Notes under the pieces: generated by a model | What the model was told of the DNA's origin: nothing | The model's input: the letters and a program-made list of their open reading frames with translations, nothing else | The model's database searches: none | Made by a program: the position numbers and the translations under genes | Part shown: in pieces, positions 1 through 8,535 of the stretch | Numbering within the stretch: the stretch's first letter is position 1 | Layout of the letters: every line of letters begins with the position of its first letter | Assembly: GCA_050951405.1 (NCBI GenBank) | Contig: JBMNIZ010000013.1 | Coordinates: 101,697-165,696 of the forward strand | DNA from: Bacillota bacterium | GTDB lineage: Bacteria > Bacillota > DULZ01 | Length of the DNA: 64,000 nt | Reading direction: 5' to 3'

Positions 1-320
1 ATTAATGAAGTGCTGCTTAAGCTTATCCCTGTAATGTTTTCTACCTAAACCATATTATTCCTCCATTTCCAGAGCTGATTCGACAGGATTCCGTCGGAAA
101 AAGAAAGGCTTCCTTCTCGGTAGCGGGATGCCGCCAACGCGGAGAATAAAAACACAACCCCGGAAAAGCTCTGAAAAACTCAAAGCCCCGGGGTCAAAGC
201 TTTTATTTAGGTAAAATTGGGAAAGCTCTCCTTGCAGAGAGCCTTGAAGCAGGTGATAACCACAGGATATCTTATATTTTTCAATAAACTTTCAATATAC
301 TGCTTTGCACCGAACTGTTG

Positions 321-866
321 TTAACTGGGCCATTCCGGCCTGATGGGAATTTGCTTGACGCGCACTACTTTCGCTACCACCCGCACTACCGTCTTCTCCA
401 ACAATACCCTAAAAGAGCCGTCCGGCTGCACTTGCAGTTGCTCTTCTTTCTCCCCTACTACTTCCGCCACTTCAATCAAACACTCATCTCCCGGCCGGGC
501 CCCGGGCACATCAATAAAAAGGGCAAATGGCAATTGGGCCAGGGTAGCTTTGCAGTCCCCGTGCGCAACCCGGTTCGTCATGTGCTGGTCCTGCTCGCCG
601 CCATGGGAGGGTTTCTTGGAAGAGATGGGAGAAAGAGCCCCCATATTCAGGAAGCAAATAATCTTCTCCAAAATGCCGTTGATAATCACCTTATTATTGA
701 TGACTTTGCATTGGGTGATCTCCACATTTTTAGTCACCTCGATAATCCGTCTGGCCGCAGGGCTGAGCGGTATCTCCGAGACGACCAGCACTTGGGATTC
801 ACCGATACCCACTTCCGTTGGGCTGACTATGGTTATCGGTTTATTGTGATGAGCAGTTTCCGTCAT
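321..866 (-). CDS. SPOCS/DUF3794-domain spore-coat-assembly-like protein
   Basis: Motifs KVIINGILEKIICF and LPFALFIDVPGARPGD resemble SPOCS domains; AGGAG RBS; sigK-like promoter upstream. Confidence 0.7.
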   Translation of the reverse strand: MTETAHHNKPITIVSPTEVGIGESQVLVVSEIPLSPAARRIIEVTKNVEITQCKVINNKVIINGILEKIICFLNMGALSPISSKKPSHGGEQDQHMTNRVAHGDCKATLAQLPFALFIDVPGARPGDECLIEVAEVVGEKEEQLQVQPDGSFRVLLEKTVVRVVAKVVRVKQIPIRPEWPS

Positions 867-940
867 GCATTTACACTCCTTTCCTTCTTGCCTTATGTTT
901 TTTGTGCCATTACCTTCCTGGCCTGGTACTTGTTACTAAT

Positions 941-970
941 GTATAGTATGTTTTATGGGCTGTTTTTGTC
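941..970 (-). promoter_or_regulatory. sigK-like sporulation promoter
   Basis: Minus strand GACA-N16-CATACTAT upstream of the DUF3794 gene. Confidence 0.45.
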
Positions 971-992
971 ATTGGAATCTAATGGTTTTGAC

Positions 993-1415
993 TTAGCTAT
1001 CTACCTTGTAAAAATTGCCATTCCAGTAATACCAGATGCCTGCATCCTCTTCCCTCTCCCAGGGAGAAATTTCCTGGGCGGTCTCACTGCTTTCTCCCCC
1101 CGCTTCCGCTGAGACCTGGTACTCTTTTTCGCCCACTGTCAAGTCATCAAGAAGCGTTTCCTCCGGCAATTCCCAGCCGGCACTGGCCAATCCGCTTTCC
1201 TCCTCTGTTTCCAGTTGATCAGAAAAAAGCAATTCATCTTCATCAGGGGTACTGGGGGTTTTCAATTCATCATCTAAAGTCATGACATCAGACTCCTTTA
1301 CTTTTTCATCATCCTCTACAGAAACATTAAGGACTTCCTGCAAGGCTGAGAAAGCATCTTTTTCCGCCAAATAACTCCGACCCTGAATTATCCGGCGTTG
1401 AAGAATCTTATGCAT
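993..1415 (-). CDS. Acidic hypothetical protein, probably sporulation related
   Basis: 140-aa E/D-rich ORF with GAGG RBS and a CATACAAT -10-like element upstream. Confidence 0.6.
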   Translation of the reverse strand: MHKILQRRIIQGRSYLAEKDAFSALQEVLNVSVEDDEKVKESDVMTLDDELKTPSTPDEDELLFSDQLETEEESGLASAGWELPEETLLDDLTVGEKEYQVSAEAGGESSETAQEISPWEREEDAGIWYYWNGNFYKVDS

Positions 1416-1565
1416 CGGCCTCTCACCCCAGCTTTTGCCAAAGTATCTGATGTATTGTATGATCCGGCAGGAGAAAAGGTACCTGGCCGGTGCTTTTTAG
1501 CCGGGGAAATAACGGTCCGATCAGCTAAGAAAACAAATCTATTTTTCGATTTTTCTAAAAGGCTG

Positions 1566-1595
1566 GCATATTTTGACGGGAAAGTTGACAGACTA
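1566..1595 (+). promoter_or_regulatory. sigG/sigF-like promoter
   Basis: GCATA-N18-CAGACTA upstream of the small ORF at 1629. Confidence 0.4.
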
Positions 1596-1628
1596 TAAAA
1601 AACAAAAAACAAACGAGGTGAAATTTTG

Positions 1629-1790
1629 ATGGAATGTAAAGTGTGCGGCGGGAATGTGGCCAAAGAAATCAGACCGTTCTGTCCGGAATGCAACGCCCAA
1701 ATAGCCCTGGTGGCGGAAAATATCTTGCGCAAAGCGACCCGTTCCCTCCATCGAACCCCTCTGGTTCTACCCTCGAAAGAAATTTCATAA
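1629..1790 (+). CDS. 53-aa CxxC-x11-CxxC zinc-ribbon protein (absent from ORF track)
   Basis: GAGGTG RBS; MECKVCGGNVAKEIRPFCPECNAQIALVAENILRKATRSLHRTPLVLPSKEIS*; terminator follows. Confidence 0.65.
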   Translation: MECKVCGGNVAKEIRPFCPECNAQIALVAENILRKATRSLHRTPLVLPSKEIS

Positions 1791-1830
1791 ACAATGGATG
1801 CCGATCGGGGCCGTGCCGGAGAACTAACAC

Positions 1831-1869
1831 AAAAAGGCTGCCTTTCTTTCTTTTGGGGCAGCCTTCTTT
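1831..1869. terminator. Bidirectional intrinsic terminator
   Basis: aaggctgcc...ggcagcctt hairpin with A/T tails between convergent genes. Confidence 0.65.
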
Positions 1870-1881
1870 GACAATGAGGAA

Positions 1882-2406
1882 TTATTCTCCTGACCGGCAA
1901 ACCAGCCCGATACATTTCCAGCTGACATAAAAAGCCTCGGCAAGGAGGAGGGCCACCAGCAGCAAAATACCCGGGCCTATATTTTCCCGGTAGCCGAGAG
2001 CTACCTGAACCTGACCGATGGAAACATTCATGATCAGCATAGAAACCAAAAGCATGATCAGTAGCATGTGGAAAACCGCTATCCGCCGGACCTCCTCCGC
2101 CCTTTCCCGGCTCATCTTTTTTATTTTTTCCTTCGGTCCGTTTATCACCCGCCGAGGGTCCTCTACCTTGAGCATCCACCAGACAACAAGCACCATCATC
2201 AGCCAGGTGACGTTGGTAATGAGGGGACCCAGCAGCAGTTGGCCAAGGCTTTTTTCGGACCAAGCATCCGGCTCTCCGGTTAGATCAAAATGGGTGGGAA
2301 TCCTCTCCGGCAGCCGGTCATAGTTCACCCAGGGGTAATAAAGGGAGAAGGCCATGAAAACCAGTGCCAAAATGATCATCAGCCAATGTTCCTGCCGAAA
2401 GCCCAT
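1882..2406 (-). CDS. DUF1648 (SdpI-like) membrane protein
   Basis: LPERIPTHFDLTGEPDAW motif and four hydrophobic segments. Confidence 0.8.
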   Translation of the reverse strand: MGFRQEHWLMIILALVFMAFSLYYPWVNYDRLPERIPTHFDLTGEPDAWSEKSLGQLLLGPLITNVTWLMMVLVVWWMLKVEDPRRVINGPKEKIKKMSRERAEEVRRIAVFHMLLIMLLVSMLIMNVSIGQVQVALGYRENIGPGILLLVALLLAEAFYVSWKCIGLVCRSGE

Positions 2407-2476
2407 ACAGATCCCTCCCGATGGTAAAAATCACACCTCTCCAACATCCGGCTCCAGGTTTAAGCTGAAACCCTCC

Positions 2477-3871
2477 CTACCGCTGGCAGCCGGCTGAAAG
2501 CTCAACGGCCCCTTCCATCTCCGGATCCGCCGGTTCCTTTTCCAATCCTCTCATTTCGAGATGAATCAAAGCGGCAGTGAGAAGAACTGAGATGGCATCT
2601 GCAATGGGAGCCGTTCTCCAAACCCCTTCAATGCCCCACCAACGTGGCAAGAGGAGCAGTAAGGGGATAAAAAGCAGCACCTGCCTGGACAAACCCAAAA
2701 TCGTAGACTGGAGCGCCTTGCCCACTGCCTGAAAATAACCGGAACAGATAATCTGAAAACCGATTACCGGCAGCAGGGCAAAGTAAATGCCCATGGCATG
2801 AGAGGTTAATGTTATCAGTTCCGTATCATTCCGGCTGAATAAGCCGATAATCTGCGTAGGCCAGAGCCTCAGGACCAGGTAACCTGCCAGGGCGATGCAG
2901 GTGGCGGCAATCACCGCTACTCTCAAGGTCCCCTTCACCCGGTCGTACTGCCTGGCTCCGTAATTATAGCCGATAATAGGCTGGGCTCCCTGGCCCAAGC
3001 CCAGGATGGGCATGAACAGCAAAGTGGCAATGCTCATCATGATCCCCACCGCTGATAGGGCCAGCTCTCCCCCATGCAGCATCAAGGTTTTGTTCAAGAT
3101 CAGCTGCTGGATACTGTTGGCAATATGCATGGCAAAAGGTGCAAAACCGATGGTCATGACCTTTAAGAGGGTGGAAAACTCCGGCACAAGATTTTTCAGT
3201 CTAATCTTGACCAAGCTCTGGCCTGTGAAAAAGTAACTGAGAACCCAGGCAGCAGAAACGAACTGGGCAATAACGGTGGCCAAGGCCGAGCTTCTTATCC
3301 CCCAACCTAATTTAAAGATAAAAACATAATTTAAAATAACATTGACCACCGCCCCCAAAATCTGGGTGGACATGGCCCTCTGGGGATTACCCTCCGCTCG
3401 AATGAAGTTATTCATCCCCATACTGATGGAACCAAAAACCGATCCCAGCATGATAATCTGCAAAAACTCTCTAGCATAAGGGAAAACGGTTCCGCTGGCG
3501 CCAAAAGCCGTCAGAATAGAATCCGTGAAGGCAAAAAAAATCAGTGTAAAAATCAGCGGCAGCAAGATGAGCATGGTCATCGCATTGCCCGCTATTTTCT
3601 CCGCTTCTTCTATTTTCCGCTCTCCCAAACGAATGGAAATAAGGGCGGTGGCTCCGATTCCGATAAGCACAGAAACGGCCATTAAAATGATCATCACCGG
3701 GAAAGCCACGGTGGTGGCAGCAATGGCAATGGACCCTACTCCCCGACCGAGAAAAATTCTGTCCACAATATTGTAAAGGGAATTGACCATCATTCCCGTG
3801 ATAGCCGGCAAAGAGAAACTCCAGAGCAAGCGTCCTATCTTTTGACTGCGCATTTGTTCAGAACGGTCCAA
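2477..3871 (-). CDS. MATE family efflux transporter (MepA-like)
   Basis: 464 aa, many TM helices, SLYNIVDRIF and QPIIGYNYGA motifs. Confidence 0.92.
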   Translation of the reverse strand: MDRSEQMRSQKIGRLLWSFSLPAITGMMVNSLYNIVDRIFLGRGVGSIAIAATTVAFPVMIILMAVSVLIGIGATALISIRLGERKIEEAEKIAGNAMTMLILLPLIFTLIFFAFTDSILTAFGASGTVFPYAREFLQIIMLGSVFGSISMGMNNFIRAEGNPQRAMSTQILGAVVNVILNYVFIFKLGWGIRSSALATVIAQFVSAAWVLSYFFTGQSLVKIRLKNLVPEFSTLLKVMTIGFAPFAMHIANSIQQLILNKTLMLHGGELALSAVGIMMSIATLLFMPILGLGQGAQPIIGYNYGARQYDRVKGTLRVAVIAATCIALAGYLVLRLWPTQIIGLFSRNDTELITLTSHAMGIYFALLPVIGFQIICSGYFQAVGKALQSTILGLSRQVLLFIPLLLLLPRWWGIEGVWRTAPIADAISVLLTAALIHLEMRGLEKEPADPEMEGAVELSAGCQR

Positions 3872-3884
3872 TCCAGATCTTCCT

Positions 3885-4334
3885 TTACAATTTTTTCATG
3901 AATTCTACTGTATTGCGCAAATTGGCAAAGAATCTTTCCATATCTTCTTGCTCCACATCCCGAAAAATATGCATTAGATGGTGCAGATGCTTTTGCATAA
4001 CCCTTTCCATCTTCTCCCGCCCGCGGGAACTAAGAGACAGGAGGACTCTCCTCCGGTCAGTGGGATCGCTGGAACGGGTCACCATTCCCATCTCCACCAG
4101 CCGGTTGACCACCGTGGTCAGGCTGCCTTTTTCAATATCCAGCATCTTGCTCAATTCCGTAGGGGTGAGTCTGTCAAACTGGTATAAAACATGGAGAACC
4201 TTACCCTGATTTTTCTTCAACGGGAGGCAATAATCATAGCGTCGGCGTAAGGGAAGCAAGAATTTCTTATGGAAGATGCCCAGAAAAGAAAACAATAATA
4301 AGTGCAGTTCCTTTGCTTCTGCCGGCTTCACCAT
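3885..4334 (-). CDS. MarR family regulator
   Basis: Winged HTH with DPTDRR motif, directly upstream of the MATE gene. Confidence 0.88.
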   Translation of the reverse strand: MVKPAEAKELHLLLFSFLGIFHKKFLLPLRRRYDYCLPLKKNQGKVLHVLYQFDRLTPTELSKMLDIEKGSLTTVVNRLVEMGMVTRSSDPTDRRRVLLSLSSRGREKMERVMQKHLHHLMHIFRDVEQEDMERFFANLRNTVEFMKKL

Positions 4335-4550
4335 CTATGCCCCCTTTTGTTAGAATTCTTACTTACTCAATAGCTCATTTTAGTATATTTTTGTCCCAAA
4401 AACAAGAAGCTGCCCCTGTTTGTTTGTGTCAAGTAAAAGTCGGCAATTATTATCTTTCTTGCAGTCATTTGATTTTTGGAAATGTTTAGGAAATTATCGT
4501 TTCCTCCTGAAACGCTCATTCTTGTTTAACTGGCCCCCAAAAGAAGAGTT

Positions 4551-4630
4551 AACGGCTTGCCTTCTCCACGCCAATACTGCCCGTAAGGCTAAAGTAGGGC
4601 TTGGCTTTGACGTGGAGAAGACAAGCCGTT
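4551..4630. repeat. 80-bp imperfect palindrome with 24-bp arms and AAC...GTT ends
   Basis: aacggcttgccttctccacgccaa versus ttgacgtggagaagacaagccgtt, 22/24 complementary. Confidence 0.8.
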
Positions 4631-4882
4631 TCATTAATTATTACAGGAATAGTCACTTACAGGCTTACCTCGTTTGCTAATTTCATTGATGGATGATTTA
4701 TGGTATTCTTGAGCAGCACTAGTTAGCCTACCTGTCTATAGTAGCTTTAACGGTGGGAAAGTTCAGTAAAATCCTGCATGTTAAATAGATTGCGAATAAC
4801 TCGCCTCCGTTCAGTCATCTTGCAATTGGTGAAAGAAATTTTTCCGCATGCCCCTATAGACCGTCGTCCAGCAGCCTGGATG

Positions 4883-4912
4883 GTTTCAATTCCCCATAGG
4901 TAGTCTACAAAC
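4883..4912 (-). CRISPR. Orphan degenerate (terminal) CRISPR repeat
   Basis: GTTTCAATTCCCCATAGGTAGTCTACAAAC, 27/30 identical to the array repeat, same orientation, leader-distal side. Confidence 0.9.
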
Positions 4913-5150
4913 TCTCGAATTGGTCTAATGGATAATCTATGCCCTTCAGCACAAATAACACTTTTTCAACTGTGGGAATTTCCGTTTCTAAGCCTTCTTC
5001 GGTCAAATAATTTGTCGTACCGTTATAAACGAATTTATACCCCTCACGAAAAGGCTTTACTTACCCTAAAACAACTTTCATCCCATTCCCCACCTTCTTG
5101 CATAAAATTCACAAAAAATGGTACCGTATATTCAGAAAGGAGGTTATACT

Positions 5151-5585
5151 ATTAGAAAATTCTCTACTGGACTTGTTGTCGGTTTAATAATAGGATTAAT
5201 GTTTTCTGCTGTTGCTGTGGCTTCGCCTGATATAAAGCTAATTATCAACGGCAAGGAAATTGAAACTGATGTCCCACCGCAGATGATCAACGGGAGAGTG
5301 ATGGTTCCGGCTAGGTTTGTTGCTGAACCTTTGGGAGCTACTGTGGAATGGAAAGATAATACGGTTATTATTACAAAGAAAACGTTAACAGAAAAACCTC
5401 AAAACGATTCCACAAACTGGGTTGCCTTGAGAGAGACAGCAAAAAAACAAGGCTGGACCGTTAATGGCGATGGTTTTGTCTATCAAAACGGGAATAAGCT
5501 GTTTGATTGGAAGGAAGTAGGACAAATCGTTGATGGTATAATTTACATTCCAGCAGATATTCTAAACCGGTTTGTGCTTCCTTAA
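5151..5585 (+). CDS. Secreted protein with copper-amine-oxidase N-terminal (stalk) domain; probable start is ATT at 5151
   Basis: Signal peptide then IKLIINGKEIETDVPPQMINGRVMVPARFVAEPLGATVEW; AGGAGG lies 7 nt before ATT (ORF track uses ATG 5118). Confidence 0.75.
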   Translation: MRKFSTGLVVGLIIGLMFSAVAVASPDIKLIINGKEIETDVPPQMINGRVMVPARFVAEPLGATVEWKDNTVIITKKTLTEKPQNDSTNWVALRETAKKQGWTVNGDGFVYQNGNKLFDWKEVGQIVDGIIYIPADILNRFVLP

Positions 5586-5781
5586 CTCATCGATAAATTT
5601 CATGATTTCGGCACGCTCATATTCTTATGTATGCTAACGTAAAAGTGATCCAAAAATCCACTCAATGATTACGAAAAAGTGATCCACCTGCCAAATCAAA
5701 ATCGCTGTCGTGATAACGAATATTTGATCCATCCCCTAATATTTCCTGTACAATCGGTGTAAGACATCGGTTGGCAGGAGG

Positions 5782-7256
5782 ATGAAAGGCGTGATCATTG
5801 ACGTGGATCTGTACGCTAAAATCAGGCATATGTATGTGCAACAAAAAATGTCTCAAAGAGCTATTGCTAAAGCCCTCGGCATTTCTCGCAACACGGTCAA
5901 AAAGTATTGCAAGGGTGAACATGTTCCTTGGGAAAGACAGCCCTATCATCGGAAATCACCGGTTGTTACAAAGGAAGCGCGTGACTTTATCCGCCAATGC
6001 TTGGACGAAGATGCGGCGGGAAATATCCCTAAACAATGTCATACGGCTAGACGGATTTACCAACGTTTAGTAAAGAAAAAAAACTTCACCGGGGCCGAGT
6101 CCACCATTAGACGGGTAGTCCGGGAAATGAAGCAGCCTATGAAAGAAGCCTTTATGCCCTTGGAATTTGACCCGGGCGAAGCAGCCCAAGTGGATTGGGG
6201 CGAGGCTACCATTTATCTCAAAGGCCAAAAAACAAAGGCCCAACTCTTCTGTTACCGGTTATGCTATAGCGCCGACATCTTCGTGAAAGCCTTCTTTCGC
6301 CAGAACCAGGAATCCTTTCTGGAAGGCCACGTAGCTGCTTTTACCCATGGCAACGGTGTCCCCAAGAAAATTATCTTTGATAATGCTCGCGTTGCCGTCA
6401 AAGAAGGCTTTGGCCTCTATGCCAAACCTCAGGATGCCTACCAGGCCTTAAGCGCCCATTATGCTTTTGAAATGCACTTTACCAACATGAATAGCGGCAA
6501 CGAAAAAGGCCTAGTGGAGAACCTGGTAGGCTGGGTTAGGCGCAATATCCTTGTACCGGTACCTAGAGTAGATAGTATCGAGGAACTGAATGAAACCCTT
6601 ATCTCCGCCTGCCTCCAATACCGGAACCATCAAATTCAAGGCCGTAACCAAACGGTGGGACAACAATTCGAAACAGAGAAACATAGTCTGACACCCCTGC
6701 CCAAATTTGTCTTTGATACCAGCAAGAGTACTACTGTACGGGTAAACGATAACAGCCTCATCCGTTTTGAAGGCAATCAATACTCTGTCCCTGTCCATTT
6801 AGTCGGCAAAACTGTTACCATCAAAGCTTACGGCAACCACCTGGTCTGTTACCATCAAGGAGAAATGGTAGCCACCCATCCACGCTTTTACAGCCGCGGC
6901 GAGACCATATTTGAATTGGCTCACTACCTGCCGCTTCTGGAACAAAAACCCCGCTCCGTTTTTCATGCCAAACCGGTTCGCCGCACCGCGGCCCATGAGC
7001 TTTTGGCTTGGGCCAATTATTTCCCGGCGGGGCCAAAGATACGGTTCAGTTACTAAAACTCAGTGTAGAATATGGCCTCGAACGAGTTCTTGCTGTTAAA
7101 GAGGCATTACCGGCCGGCATCACTCCCACTATTGACTTGGTGCGCCATGAATTAAAACCACATGTTCCGGTCGAATTGGACACCGCCAAAGACATCCTGG
7201 TCAGTACCATTGATTTAGCTGACTATGACCGCAAGTATCTGGCGGTGGCGCCATAA
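5782..7256 (+). pseudogene. istA: IstA transposase, frameshifted near 7015
   Basis: PGEAAQVDWG, IIFDNA, NEKGLVEN motifs; C-terminus continues in another frame (7008..7256). Confidence 0.85.
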
Positions 7257-7611
7257 ATCCCAAGCATGAACTAATTGCACTTTTGCCGCAACTTTAGCAA
7301 CCACCCTAGTGGAGGCAAAAGAAACAAGGGAACTCCTCAAACTGGAACGCCAGCTTCAGAAAGCAGATTTGCTGATTATTGATGAGTTATCATACCTGAG
7401 CTTTAACCGCCATCAGTCTGAGCTGCTCTTTAAAGTCATCTCTGACCGGGCGGAGAAAAGGAGTGTGATCATCAGTACTAACTTGGAATTCTTTCGCTGG
7501 ACGGAGCTATTTGAAAACCCGACCTTGGTTGCAGCATTAGTGGATCGCCTCACTTTTAGGTCCCATATCTTAAACATGAATAACCCGTCCTATCGGATGG
7601 AGCATGGCTAA
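7253..7611 (+). pseudogene. istB: IstB ATPase with internal deletion of about 370 bp
   Basis: LLIIDELSY Walker B present; the segment 38361-38727 of copy 2, including Walker A, is missing. Confidence 0.85.
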
Positions 7612-7763
7612 TTCATCCTAATCATTTCCAACTGGAAGCCCTGACTTAATTGATTAACCCGTTACCAAGTGGATCAATCTTTGGATATCACGGTGGATCA
7701 AAAATTCGTGGTCAGGTGGATCAAATATTCATTGACATTCGGACTTGACAATTCAACGATTCG

Positions 7764-8395
7764 GTTTCAATTCCTCATAGGTAGGCTAAAAACCCTCAAC
7801 GAGCATATGATATGACAGGTTCTGGAAAGTTTCAATTCCTCATAGGTAGGCTAAAAACGATGTCAATCTGCCCCACATCGATTTTATTCCATCCCAGTTT
7901 CAATTCCTCATAGGTAGGCTAAAAACGTTTGCATGATCTATAACCTCCTCAAATTCCGCCTCAGTTTCAATTCCTCATAGGTAGGCTAAAAACTCGACGG
8001 TTGCAGGGGGTTGTCCGTGGAATATGGTCAAGTTTCAATTCCTCATAGGTAGGCTAAAAACCATCTTGTTGCTGAGATTGCTGACGTACAGGAAGAAAGT
8101 TTCAATTCCTCATAGGTAGGCTAAAAACCATCTTGTTGCTGAGATTGCTGACGTACAGGAAGAAAGTTTCAATTCCTCATAGGTAGGCTAAAAACCATCT
8201 TGTTGCTGAGATTGCTGACGTACAGGAAGAAAGTTTCAATTCCTCATAGGTAGGCTAAAAACTGAAAGAATCAAGACAACAATTGCCCAGGTTCGGTGTT
8301 TCAATTCCTCATAGGTAGGCTAAAAACGTGACGCCCGATATGTGGGATATGATTGAGCGGGCGGTGTTTCAATTCCTCATAGGTAGGCTAAAAAC
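7764..8395 (-). CRISPR. CRISPR array segment 1 (10 repeats, leader-distal)
   Basis: Perfect 30-bp repeats with roughly 35-38 bp spacers; one spacer present three times in tandem. Confidence 0.98.
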
Positions 8396-8535
8396 GCATC
8401 TTTGTCCACACTACCCCATTCAACAGTACTTAAAGAATCACTTATTGTAAACTTCTGCATTTATTCACCTCCTTTCAAGGTGATAAAAAGGAGTATAAGA
8501 AAAAGAGCATAAGAAAAAGCGGAATAAATCCGCTT

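Larger units (their letters stand above)
5628..7741 (+). mobile_element. IS21-family element A, copy 1 (defective)
   Basis: IRL TGTATGCTAACGTAAAAGTGATCCA; IRR TGGATCAAATATTCATTGACATTCG; repeated GTGGATCA boxes; no target duplication seen. Confidence 0.88.

Noticed and set aside
318-2323. Long alternative ORFs such as 318..1112 (+) and 1388..2263 (-)
   Set aside because: Shadow frames over better-supported genes, no recognisable motifs
4723-4733. TTAGCCTACCT, an 11-nt inverted match to the repeat (anti-repeat or tracrRNA-like?)
   Set aside because: Too short, flanks do not extend, and type I-B needs no tracrRNA
4335-4882. att-site duplicate of the tRNA-Gly 3' end at the left island edge
   Set aside because: No matching sequence seen
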